A program made the position numbers and the translations under genes. A DNA stretch of 64,000 nt from positions 256,001 through 320,000 of the forward strand of contig CAWAOD010000011.1 in NCBI GenBank assembly GCA_963783575.1, written 5' to 3'. Under the pieces are notes generated by a model. That model was not told where the DNA came from, made no database searches, and saw nothing but the letters and a program-made list of their open reading frames with translations. Source of the DNA: an uncultured Spirochaetota bacterium. Its GTDB lineage: Bacteria > Spirochaetota > Brevinematia > Brevinematales > JAOACQ01. Position 1 is the first letter of the stretch. Every line of letters begins with the position of its first letter. Positions 1-9,002 of this stretch are shown piece after piece.

Positions 1-948
1 ATGTCCCTTATCTATACATTCCAGTATCTGCGGTTCGCTGTAATAACCGGCATCCGATACTTTGACCGTTTCAGTCTCTACCTTAAGCTCGTCCTTTATT
101 TCTTCTACTCGGTCACACATTCCTGCCATCTGTTTGATATCATTGTTTTCATTCGTCACATCAATCACCACAATCAGTTTATTCGCATCATCTACTGCCA
201 TCTGCAGATTATATGCAATGTCGGATTTCCCTTTATCATTCATAAACCGACTTTCCGGGTCATTTGAATAATATTTCTCCATTTCAGGATTTCCCTCAAA
301 AATCTTTTTAATAGCCTCAACTTTATCCTTTTTTGTTTTCATTTTCTTTAAACGTTCCGCTATCTTTCCGGAAAGAAATTCAAATTCATTCTTTTCTTCC
401 TTATCGTTCTTATCCATCTCATTCAAATATTCTTCGATCTTTTGATCTATTCTATGTATGATTTCTTCTATGTTTTTCCTATGATAAACATTGTTATTGT
501 GGTTTTGCGCACTGATCTTGGTTCCATCAATTCCAACAACGTCAAATGATAAAAGCCCGGCTTTATGACATATCTTCAAAAATTCTCTGAATATCGACTG
601 TATTCCCTTCTTATTATCTTTCCTGAAGTCGGCAATCGTCTTGAAATCCGGCGCTAGTCGTCCAGTCAGCCACATCAACTCTGTGTTTCTTCGGCACTCT
701 CTCTCTAATTTCCTGCTTGTCCTGATTTTATTCAAATATCCGTAAATATAGATTTTTAAAAGTATTTCGGATTTATATGAACTTCTGCCGGTTGATGCTT
801 CTTTTACTTTAAAACCAACTCCTTTCATATTTAGCTTATCAACAAAAATATCTATAAACCTTACCGGATCTTCTTCTCCTAACAGATCTTCCAGTGTTTC
901 ATTGAACAGAACTATCTGATCCCTTGATTCTCCCTCAATATGCTTCAT
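1..948 (-). CDS. IS1182-family transposase (N-terminal part; runs off the window start)
   Basis: Not in the ORF track. Manual translation from ATG 948 gives MKHIEGESRDQIVLFNETLEDLLGEEDPVRFIDIFVDKL...LLKIYIYGYLNKIRTSRKLERECRRNTELMWLTGRLAPDFKTIADFRKDN...VGIDGTKI, the typical DUF772/IS1182 N-terminus and first catalytic Asp. Confidence 0.93.
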   Translation of the reverse strand, partial: MKHIEGESRDQIVLFNETLEDLLGEEDPVRFIDIFVDKLNMKGVGFKVKEASTGRSSYKSEILLKIYIYGYLNKIRTSRKLERECRRNTELMWLTGRLAPDFKTIADFRKDNKKGIQSIFREFLKICHKAGLLSFDVVGIDGTKISAQNHNNNVYHRKNIEEIIHRIDQKIEEYLNEMDKNDKEEKNEFEFLSGKIAERLKKMKTKKDKVEAIKKIFEGNPEMEKYYSNDPESRFMNDKGKSDIAYNLQMAVDDANKLIVVIDVTNENNDIKQMAGMCDRVEEIKDELKVETETVKVSDAGYYSEPQILECIDKGH

Positions 949-1012
949 CTTTTACTCCGATTATTTTTGTTCTAATAATTATAGCATATTTACTGTGTTT
1001 TCACACAGTCTG
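1..1012 (-). mobile_element. IS1182-family insertion sequence, left end; terminal IR CAGACTGTGTGAAAAC (997-1012, minus strand)
   Basis: Transposase lies just inside. The same 16-mer recurs as the end of a miniature element at 28955. Confidence 0.85.
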
Positions 1013-1023
1013 CTGTCGAAGGG

Positions 1024-2445
1024 TTAAACTATGGCCTTCATCAGGGCTTTTGCCTTATTAATTGTTTCCTCGTATTCCCTTTCAGGGACAGAGTCATATA
1101 CAATCCCGGCGCCCGCCTGTATATAAACCGTATTATCCCTGTGAATTATCGTTCTGATCGTAATGCAGGTATCGGTATTGCCCTGAAAGTCAATGTAACC
1201 GACCAATCCGGCGTAAATACCCCTTTTTTCAGGTTCCAGCTCCTCGATGATCTCCATCGACCTGACTTTAGGCGCGCCGGTAACTGTTCCGGCCGGCAGG
1301 GCAGCCCCGATAATATCAACGGCATCAATATCCTTTTTCGGCTTGCCTATCACATCCGAAACAAGATGCATAACATGCGAATATCTCTCTATGTGAAAAG
1401 GCCTCTCAACCCTGACGGTTGAATATTCCGATATCCTGCCGATATCGTTTCTTGCTAGATCAAGAAGCATTGTATGTTCCGCCAGTTCTTTTTTATCCGA
1501 CAGCAGTTCTTTTTCAAGCATATTGTCTTCCTGAAAATTCCTGCCGCGTTTTCTTGTTCCGGCAATAGGGCGCAATATCACTTCATCTTTTCCATCACTA
1601 AAAACCCTTTTAACCATAACTTCAGGAGATGTTCCAATAAGCTGAAAATCCTTGTAATCAATATAAAACATATATGGTGAAGGATTTATCATCCTGAGCT
1701 TTCTATAAATATCGAAAGGCCTGGAATCGACCCTGGCTGAGAATTTCTGGGAAACAAGAACCTGGAAAATATCACCGGCAACAATATATTCCTTTGCTTT
1801 CTCAACAGCTTTTATAAACGCGTCTTTATTAAAGTTAGACTGTAATCTTACAGTTTGCCCCTCGGATTCTTCAATTCTTGAAGGGGCTTTCGCATGAAAA
1901 AGTTTATCCTCATATTTTTTTATTAACCGTAGTGCCTCTTCATTATTGTCCTTTTCAAATGAATGGCTGATAAGAATAAGCTTCTGTCGAATATGATCGA
2001 AAGCTATAAGTATTTTTGGTAGAACCAGGTATATGTCCGGCATATTAAGCTTATCCGGCTTCACATCCGGCAGATTCTCAAAGTAGCGCACGGAATCATA
2101 GCTGAAATATCCCACAAGACCGGCTGTAAATGGAGGTAACCCCTCGACTTTATGTTCCTTAAATGAACCGACTATCCTCTTTATCTCATTAACCGGGTTA
2201 TCACAAACATATTCATCAGATTTATCCTGAAAATTCAGTGTTACTTTATTCTTTTTTGATATAAATTCAAGTTCCGGTTCAAATCCGAGAAACGAATATC
2301 TTCCGATTTTTTCACCCATTTCAACGCTTTCAAGAAGAAATCCTTTTTCATTACCCTCTTTAAGCGCAATAAAAGCTGATACCGGTGTCTCTATATCAGC
2401 AGAAATCTCATGATAAACCGGGTACAGGGTATAATTTTTATTCAT
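1024..2445 (-). CDS. trpE: Anthranilate synthase component I
   Basis: Motifs FLLESVE..GRYSF, NPSPYMFY, PIAGTRKRG, EHTMLLDLARND, PAGTVTGAPK, QAGAGIVYDS. ATG 2445 follows a GAGGAG RBS. Confidence 0.95.
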   Translation of the reverse strand: MNKNYTLYPVYHEISADIETPVSAFIALKEGNEKGFLLESVEMGEKIGRYSFLGFEPELEFISKKNKVTLNFQDKSDEYVCDNPVNEIKRIVGSFKEHKVEGLPPFTAGLVGYFSYDSVRYFENLPDVKPDKLNMPDIYLVLPKILIAFDHIRQKLILISHSFEKDNNEEALRLIKKYEDKLFHAKAPSRIEESEGQTVRLQSNFNKDAFIKAVEKAKEYIVAGDIFQVLVSQKFSARVDSRPFDIYRKLRMINPSPYMFYIDYKDFQLIGTSPEVMVKRVFSDGKDEVILRPIAGTRKRGRNFQEDNMLEKELLSDKKELAEHTMLLDLARNDIGRISEYSTVRVERPFHIERYSHVMHLVSDVIGKPKKDIDAVDIIGAALPAGTVTGAPKVRSMEIIEELEPEKRGIYAGLVGYIDFQGNTDTCITIRTIIHRDNTVYIQAGAGIVYDSVPEREYEETINKAKALMKAIV

Positions 2446-2917
2446 TGACAATCCTCCTCTTTTTTTCCATATAAACAAGGTTTACTTTATCATTCATTTT
2501 TTCTGAATATTTGACTGTATAACCTAATTTTTGATACAGGCTTATGTTTTTTGTACTTTTTTCGCCAGTAAACAATTCGTATTTATTACATTCACTAAAG
2601 ATATTTTCTATTTTCTTCATTAGACGTTTTCCCAAACCCCTGTTTTGAAAATCCGGATGAACCATCAGCCTTCCGATATAACAAATATTTCCCTCATTGA
2701 TTTTTGCTCGTACGGAACCTATAATTTTATCATTATGAACAGCCTTTAAAATTGTATAATCATGAAAATCTTTTAATATATCGTCAATTGATTCAGCCAT
2801 CGGTGGAATCCTAATATCACCCGTAATCTCGGCCTCGCTTTTATAAGCCTCTTTCTGCAGTATTAATAATATTTCAGCTTCATTTATAAAGGCTTCTTCA
2901 ATTTTAATATCTTCCAT
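2438..2917 (-). CDS. GNAT family N-acetyltransferase
   Basis: Acetyl-CoA motif LMVHPDFQNRGLGKRL and NISLYQKLGY. Overlaps the trpE start. Confidence 0.9.
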   Translation of the reverse strand: MEDIKIEEAFINEAEILLILQKEAYKSEAEITGDIRIPPMAESIDDILKDFHDYTILKAVHNDKIIGSVRAKINEGNICYIGRLMVHPDFQNRGLGKRLMKKIENIFSECNKYELFTGEKSTKNISLYQKLGYTVKYSEKMNDKVNLVYMEKKRRIVNE

Positions 2918-2952
2918 AAAATCCCCGTATTTTTTATAAAAAAGGCATATAA

Positions 2953-2993
2953 AACAAAAAGCCCGCAGGTGATTCACCTGCGGGCTTTTTGTT
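2953..2993 (-). terminator. Attenuator terminator hairpin upstream of GNAT-trpE
   Basis: Perfect inverted repeat AACAAAAAGCCCGCAGGTGA/TCACCTGCGGGCTTTTTGTT with a U-tract, directly after the leader peptide ORF. Confidence 0.85.
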
Positions 2994-3012
2994 ATTAAAT
3001 AACAAAATTATT

Positions 3013-3108
3013 CTAAACCCTGTTACAAGGCTTTACACCAAACATAGACAAACTTCTAAACCACCACCAGAAGTAAAAATAAAACTTACTTACACAAACG
3101 CTTTTCAT
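3013..3108 (-). CDS. trpL: Attenuator leader peptide MKSVCVSKFYFYFWWWFRSLSMFGVKPCNRV (31 aa)
   Basis: AGGA RBS, ATG, three tandem Trp codons preceded by Phe/Tyr codons, then a terminator and trpE. Confidence 0.85.
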   Translation of the reverse strand: MKSVCVSKFYFYFWWWFRSLSMFGVKPCNRV

Positions 3109-3136
3109 GATAAATTTCCTAAAACAAAGTTGTGTT

Positions 3137-3165
3137 ATAATAAATTATTTTAATAAAAATGTCAA
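3137..3165 (-). promoter_or_regulatory. Sigma70-type promoter for the trp leader
   Basis: TTGACA-17 nt-TATTAT on the minus strand. Confidence 0.6.
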
Positions 3166-3218
3166 ATTAAATTTTATGATGATTTTATTCTAAATGAAAG
3201 TAAACGAATGCGAAAAAA

Positions 3219-3246
3219 TTGACAAACCGAATAAAAGTATTAAAAT
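3219..3246 (+). promoter_or_regulatory. Sigma70-type promoter for rpsA
   Basis: TTGACA-16 nt-TAAAAT. Confidence 0.5.
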
Positions 3247-3277
3247 ATATAGCTACATTTTAATAGATGAGGTTTGT

Positions 3278-5008
3278 ATGAGTGTTGAAGTAATGGGCGA
3301 TATTTTTCTTGAGGCAATGAAGCTTGACGACGCCAAAAAGCCGGAACAGGAATCTCATGGGCTTGTAAAAAAAGGAAAAGTTGTCGCTGTAAATGAATCC
3401 GATATTTTTCTTGACCTGGGAAGCAAATCCGAATGCGTAGTCCCATTATCGGAATTTTCCCAGCCCCCTTCTTACGGAGAAACAGTCAATGTAGTAATGA
3501 AAGATATGAAGGATGGCGTAAATATCGCATCAAAACTTGAAGCCGATAAATATTTAAAAATGGATGAAATTAAAAAAGCGTTTGAAAACGGCCTTCCAAT
3601 CAATGGTATTATTGAAGAAGCAGTTTATAAAGACGGACAGCCAAAGGGTTTTGTCGTCAGCCTCGGCTTTGACATCAAGGCTTTTCTGCCATTATCGCAA
3701 ATTGACACAAAAAAAGAAGAAAAATTAGAAAATATGAAAGGAATATCCACTGATTTTGCAGTTATTGAATATAAAAGGAATAATATTACTATTTCCAGAA
3801 GGGAATTTTTACAAAAAACCATAAAAAAGCTTTATAATAATTTTTTTGAAAAACATAATATTGGCGATATAGTACAGGGAATCGTCGAAAGGGTTGAGGA
3901 AGATTTTATCGTCCTTTCAGTTGAAGGCATCCGCGCGTTTATGCATGTATCCGATTTTTCCTGGAAGTTTCTTTCAGATATGAAAAAAGTTGTTAAGATC
4001 GGCGATGAAATGGAAGTTATTATAATAAAAATGGAACGCAGTAAAAATTCGGTAAAAATCGGTAAAAAGCAATTATCTCCGGATCCATGGACATCTATAG
4101 ACAGTAAATACACTATCGGAGCTGTAATACAGGGCAAGGTCGTGAATTACAGGAAGGATGGGGCTATTGTAGAAGTTGAAGACGGAATCGAGGCGTTTCT
4201 CCCGGTTGATGAAATGTCCTGGACGGAAAAAATAAGAGATCCGAAAAAATATCTTAAACCCGGTTCTATTGTAGAAGTTAAAATCAGGAATATAGAAGCC
4301 GATAGAAGAAGGATGGATGTTTCTCTCAGGGATATTCAGGATAACCCATGGGATAACGCCGATAAAAATTACAGCTACGGCAAGAAAGTTGAGGGTGTTG
4401 TTACATCGATTGTAGATTTCGGCGTTTTCATCAAATTCGAAGATAAAATCGAAGGTTTAATGCGTAAGGAAGATGTCGATTGGCTTGACCCCAAAGTTGA
4501 TTTGAAAAAGAAATTCAAAAAAGGCCAGGCTGTTCAGGCAATGGTTCTGGCTCTTGATAAAGAAAGGGAAAAATTAAGGCTGGGTTATAAACAGTTATCG
4601 GACAATCCTTTTAAAGCCTTTTCAATGAATTACCCTGCAGGATCACCGATATCGGCTGTTGTAAAGGAAATCCTGGAAAATGGTATTATTGTATCGCTGG
4701 AAAACAATCTCGAAGGTTTCATACACATTTCTCAAATATCCAAGGAAAAGGTTGATAAGATAGATGATGTTATTAAAATCGGCGATGAAGTCAAGGGATT
4801 GGTTAAGTTTGTCGATCAGAATAAGAATAAAATAGAAATCAGCATTAAAGATTATTTATTTAATGAAGAAAAATTTGAAGTATCAAAGTATATGGCGGGC
4901 AATAAACAGGATGGCAATACTGTAACAATAGGCTCGCTGCTGAAAGACCAGCTTGCTAATATCAATTTGGAGAGCAATAATGCAGCAAAAAGTTCAAAAG
5001 CAAAATAG
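3278..5008 (+). CDS. rpsA: 30S ribosomal protein S1
   Basis: Multiple S1 repeats (AFLPLSQID, AFMHVSDFSW, DFGVFIKF, EGFIHISQIS). ATG 3278 follows GAGG. Confidence 0.93.
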   Translation: MSVEVMGDIFLEAMKLDDAKKPEQESHGLVKKGKVVAVNESDIFLDLGSKSECVVPLSEFSQPPSYGETVNVVMKDMKDGVNIASKLEADKYLKMDEIKKAFENGLPINGIIEEAVYKDGQPKGFVVSLGFDIKAFLPLSQIDTKKEEKLENMKGISTDFAVIEYKRNNITISRREFLQKTIKKLYNNFFEKHNIGDIVQGIVERVEEDFIVLSVEGIRAFMHVSDFSWKFLSDMKKVVKIGDEMEVIIIKMERSKNSVKIGKKQLSPDPWTSIDSKYTIGAVIQGKVVNYRKDGAIVEVEDGIEAFLPVDEMSWTEKIRDPKKYLKPGSIVEVKIRNIEADRRRMDVSLRDIQDNPWDNADKNYSYGKKVEGVVTSIVDFGVFIKFEDKIEGLMRKEDVDWLDPKVDLKKKFKKGQAVQAMVLALDKEREKLRLGYKQLSDNPFKAFSMNYPAGSPISAVVKEILENGIIVSLENNLEGFIHISQISKEKVDKIDDVIKIGDEVKGLVKFVDQNKNKIEISIKDYLFNEEKFEVSKYMAGNKQDGNTVTIGSLLKDQLANINLESNNAAKSSKAK

Positions 5009-5735
5009 TTTTCTTGATCAGGCGATTGATTTTGGTATAAAGTATAAATGGATACTCAGTATCACTTCCGGAGCCGTTCTGGCTTTGATAGCTATTTTTA
5101 TGTTCGTAAATTACATTACGGCATCCAACATAGAAAAAGCCAGCCGTATGTATGACACTTCCCTGAATTACATTAATAATATTAATTACATAACAAATGA
5201 AGCCGACAGAACAAAGATTTACCAGGAGCAGATTAACAACCTGAATACTCTTGTACAGATTTATCCTAAAACAGTTGCGGCAATCCGGGCGCGTTTATTC
5301 CTTGGTAAATTTTTCTATGAAGATTCTTTCAGGTCCGGTAAGGTTGACTCAATGAATACTGCCGTTAATTATTATTCTACTGCATTAGACAATACTAAAA
5401 CCGGCTTTTATAAATCTCTTGCTTTGATAGGCCTGGGCCAATGCTATGAACAGAAGAATGACTTCAACAAGTCATTTGATTTTTATAACCAGATAGTAGT
5501 TAAATATCCATCCGAAGGGTTCTCGCCGCTCGCATTGATTGGAATGGCTCGCTCTAAAGAAATGCTGGGTGATGTAAATACAGCGCTTGACATTTACAAC
5601 AGGCTTATTAAGGAATATCCTTCATCATTATGGACTAAATTTGCAAAAGGCAGGATCTACTTCTTTTCAGAAAAACCTAAAGGCAATCCCGCATCAACAT
5701 CAACAAATACAGGTGTTCCGCTATTAATTCAATAA
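4980..5735 (+). CDS. Membrane-anchored tetratricopeptide repeat protein (YfgM-like)
   Basis: N-terminal TM helix and TPR-like repeats (ALIGLGQCYE, ALIGMARSKE, YPSS). Confidence 0.75.
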   Translation: MQQKVQKQNSFLDQAIDFGIKYKWILSITSGAVLALIAIFMFVNYITASNIEKASRMYDTSLNYINNINYITNEADRTKIYQEQINNLNTLVQIYPKTVAAIRARLFLGKFFYEDSFRSGKVDSMNTAVNYYSTALDNTKTGFYKSLALIGLGQCYEQKNDFNKSFDFYNQIVVKYPSEGFSPLALIGMARSKEMLGDVNTALDIYNRLIKEYPSSLWTKFAKGRIYFFSEKPKGNPASTSTNTGVPLLIQ

Positions 5736-5868
5736 TTGAATTGATATTTGTTGCCAAAATATTATTTGCTTATTCAAAATCTAACAAATATAATAGTATT
5801 AATTCCATTAACAAATTTAATCATTTCTGTAGTTTCAGGTTATTTCGCATAATTTCACATTAGAGATA

Positions 5869-6116
5869 GCCGAACGATAGTTCGGCAGCAACACGATGTT
5901 GCAAAGATTCACGGGAAAGCAAAGCGGAGAAAGAAAGTCACTTTTGCGAGCTAACAGGAGGATGCGAGTTACGGAGGGACGCAAAAGTCACATTCTTCCG
6001 GAGCGTTCTTCCCGTCAATAACCCGCCCTCTCGGGCGGCACATTCCTGACGGGCTCAGGAAAGAAAGGAAGAGCTTTCTTCCCTTTTGCCAAAAGGGAAC
6101 AGGCATCTCATTGCCT
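5869..6116. other. GC-rich multi-hairpin intergenic element (candidate ncRNA or REP/MITE-like repeat)
   Basis: Eight near-contiguous inverted repeats, including a ~105-nt interrupted rod at 5911-6015. Confidence 0.5.
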
Positions 6117-6848
6117 TTAATTGTCAATCACAATTTTCTCAACAATCAACTTCAAAGTCTTAAAAATCCTCTTTTTCGCAATTGAAATATTCATTAAAAA
6201 TTTAATGATCCTTATAATGTCAACCGGCTTTTTGACCAGGTGAAAAACCAGTTTTGCTTTATCAATCCTGTTCCATGAATCCTGAATAAATTCCAGGTCC
6301 GGGAAATCAAAATCAAGCATATCGCTGATTGCCCTGATAATAAGATATAGCAGGCTGTATTTATTACAGCAAACCGCCGTTTCCCTGCTTTCCATATCGA
6401 CAAAATCGATGCCTGGATTGTCAATTCTTAATTGATACTTCTCTTTTTTACCTAGAATGCCGTTTGATGTATAACAATTGCCTTTTAAATAATCAATCCG
6501 AAGGTTGTCTAAGACCGATGACTGATCCGGACAGACGATTTCAGAATTTCCGGGGCCGGATATACTGGATGCGATTGCGATATCCCCAACCCGGAGATGT
6601 GGTTTTACCGCTCCGGCGTATCCTGTTGATATCACCAGACCGGCATCCTTTATTTCAGGCATAGCTTGTTCGAAAAAGCGGCGGATATTTTTCGGGCCGA
6701 TGCCGGTTATCCCGAAATATACCGTATTCTTTCCGGTGTTTTTTGAATATAAAGCTGATCTCTTATTTTGAAAAATGATTAAAGGTTTGCAAAAATTAAT
6801 TAAATCCCCGATCTCGCTTTTCAATGCCGACTGGATAAGAATATTCAT
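6117..6848 (-). CDS. Nucleoside phosphorylase superfamily protein (MTA/SAH nucleosidase or HpnG-like)
   Basis: Motifs TGIGP, STGYAGA, VDMES, IRAISD. Confidence 0.8.
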   Translation of the reverse strand: MNILIQSALKSEIGDLINFCKPLIIFQNKRSALYSKNTGKNTVYFGITGIGPKNIRRFFEQAMPEIKDAGLVISTGYAGAVKPHLRVGDIAIASSISGPGNSEIVCPDQSSVLDNLRIDYLKGNCYTSNGILGKKEKYQLRIDNPGIDFVDMESRETAVCCNKYSLLYLIIRAISDMLDFDFPDLEFIQDSWNRIDKAKLVFHLVKKPVDIIRIIKFLMNISIAKKRIFKTLKLIVEKIVIDN

Positions 6849-6856
6849 TTTACCTC

Positions 6857-8137
6857 TCAAATTAAATTATTTATATAACTTGGCGTGTACCGGATATTAT
6901 TTTCTTTGAGGAGTCCGGTAAGCCGGTTTATTTTTATATAGCCTTCCTCTTCGGAATAATCAACCGGAATAATGGTGTTTGTTCCGGGATATTTCCTGTA
7001 AAGGCTTATCTGCGCTATTTTGTTGATAATATGACCGGTACTTTTAATGAAATCCATTGTTTCCAGGAATTCCTTTTCTGTTTCCCCGGGATAATTAGCT
7101 ATAAGGCTCACTTCAAACCTCAGTCCGGCTCGTTTTAATTTTTCAAAGAATTTCATTGCATTAGCAGAATCAAATGGTTTATTCATTAGTCTCAGGATTT
7201 TATCCGATCCGCTTTCAAGGCCGATGAAAAGATTTACACAGCCGGACCTCTTCATTTTCTCAAAAATTTCAGGGGACATATCATCCCTTACGGCTGCCTG
7301 TGCTTCCCAGCTTATATTCACACCGCTTTGTATAATTAAGTCAAGCAGAATGTCAAACAGCTTCAAATTTCCGTTAAAAATGGAATCATAAAAAATAAAA
7401 GAGTTAATCCGGTTATTGATAAAATGATGCCGGATTTCTTCAATTATATTCAGTGGGTTTCGAAAGCGGTACGACGGATAAAGGAGCCTTTCGGAACAGA
7501 AACTGCATTTATTATAACAGCCGCGGCTGGCTATGATGGGGATCCGCTTTGTATCAGGATAACCTTTTATATCAAAGTTTTTATAAGACGGGTAGAAATC
7601 AATTATTTCAGGAATCATGAATTTGATAATCCTGTCTTTGGACTTGCCTTCAATAATTTTTTGCAGGGCCTTTTCGCCTTCGCCTGTAACAAAAAAATCC
7701 ACATGATTCATTCCTGCAAAGCCTTCAATTTCCATTGAAAAAACTTCAGGCCCTCCGAAAATTATCTTACTTTGTGGAATTTTTGATTTGATTAATTCTG
7801 ATAATTTTAATGAGAATTTACGGTTACTGTTTAAAACTGTGAATCCGATATATTGGATGCTTTCTTTTTTTATTATGGAAATTATTTCTTCAAAAAGCTC
7901 CGGGAATTTTTGAAAACAATGATTATAAAAACCTTCGGATGTATAATTCCGGTTTATAGTCCAGTCTTTTTGAAAAACTTTGCCCAGCTTTAGGTTCATT
8001 TTTAGGTTTAAATCAAAAAAAAGTACCCCGTGCCCTCTTTCCTGAAGATATTCGGATAGAATTGCGGGGCCTTGCGGTGGTAGCTTCTCCCAGGCGGGCG
8101 GGCAGATAATCAATAATATAGATGCTTTATTATTCAT
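6857..8137 (-). CDS. B12-binding domain radical SAM protein
   Basis: IIFGGPE and GEGE cobalamin-binding region, SRGCYNKCSFC cluster motif, GLESGS, YPGETE. Confidence 0.9.
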   Translation of the reverse strand: MNNKASILLIICPPAWEKLPPQGPAILSEYLQERGHGVLFFDLNLKMNLKLGKVFQKDWTINRNYTSEGFYNHCFQKFPELFEEIISIIKKESIQYIGFTVLNSNRKFSLKLSELIKSKIPQSKIIFGGPEVFSMEIEGFAGMNHVDFFVTGEGEKALQKIIEGKSKDRIIKFMIPEIIDFYPSYKNFDIKGYPDTKRIPIIASRGCYNKCSFCSERLLYPSYRFRNPLNIIEEIRHHFINNRINSFIFYDSIFNGNLKLFDILLDLIIQSGVNISWEAQAAVRDDMSPEIFEKMKRSGCVNLFIGLESGSDKILRLMNKPFDSANAMKFFEKLKRAGLRFEVSLIANYPGETEKEFLETMDFIKSTGHIINKIAQISLYRKYPGTNTIIPVDYSEEEGYIKINRLTGLLKENNIRYTPSYINNLI

Positions 8138-8401
8138 AATCAATATTATACTTTTCTGCGGTTAAAACTTCAAGCGAGAGAACTTTTCGATTGTTATACA
8201 GGCTATCTTTGATAAATCCTTTGAATATTATTAAAATAAAATATACGGGAAGCTTCCCGACTACCTGTAAAAAATAATAATTAAAAACATATTTTGACAG
8301 GTTATAAAATAACAAAATATTTCATATTTTCTGTTGCAAATCATATACTTTTCCGTAGATATTATAAAGCGAATTCTTTGAGAAGTTTCGGAGGTTTACC
8401 G

Positions 8402-8992
8402 ATGCCAAAAGACATTGACGCAGTTGATATTGAAAGGCTTGCCGAATTGAGTAAAAAAGGGAACCGTGAAGCGTTCGGAAGGCTCTATGACTGTTTATTC
8501 GTTAAAATATACAGGTTTGCTTATTACCGTAGTTATCGAAAAGATGCTGCGGAAGATATTACAAGCCTTACATTTTTAAAAGCCCTTGAAAACCTTCAAA
8601 GCTTCAGCCGGGAAAAGGGAAATTTTTCGGCCTGGCTTTATGGGATCGCTAGGAATTGCCTGGCCGATTATTATAGGCAGAAAAGTAAAACGGCCGATCT
8701 GATGAGTGTCTGGGATCTTGCGGCCTGCGATGATGTTGAGATTGACGCCGAAAACAGGTCAAACTGGGAAAATCTTCAGCCTTATCTTTCAAGGCTGTCT
8801 GCCGTTGAAAGGGATATTCTTTTTATGAGGGTCTGGGACGAATTGCCGTATCAGGAGATCGCGGTTATAATCGGGAAAAGCGAGGCTTCCTGCAGGATGG
8901 TGTTTTCAAGGACAATAGCATGTATCAGAAAGGAAATGCTGGCCGCGATGTTTATAATGTTTGTTCTCCTCAAAGATTCGCTGTTTCACTGA
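8402..8992 (+). CDS. ECF RNA polymerase sigma factor
   Basis: Region 2 (AEDITSLTFLKA, FSAWLYGIARN) and region 4 (LPYQEIAVIIGKSE). ATG follows GGAGG. Confidence 0.92.
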   Translation: MPKDIDAVDIERLAELSKKGNREAFGRLYDCLFVKIYRFAYYRSYRKDAAEDITSLTFLKALENLQSFSREKGNFSAWLYGIARNCLADYYRQKSKTADLMSVWDLAACDDVEIDAENRSNWENLQPYLSRLSAVERDILFMRVWDELPYQEIAVIIGKSEASCRMVFSRTIACIRKEMLAAMFIMFVLLKDSLFH

Positions 8993-9002
8993 GGAGTTGA
9001 TT

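Noticed and set aside
1..271. Plus-strand ORFs 1-267 and 62-271
   Set aside because: Antisense shadows of the IS1182 transposase on the minus strand.
5940..6000. GGGACGCAAAAG resembling the c-di-GMP-I riboswitch core
   Set aside because: The upstream GGCAAAC and GNRA-capped P2 are absent, the segment pairs within a longer rod, and no gene lies downstream on that strand.
5869..6116. SRP RNA, RNase P, tmRNA or tRNA identity for the hairpin element
   Set aside because: No SRP domain IV motif, no RNase P GAGGAAAGUCC, and no T-arm/CCA features seen.
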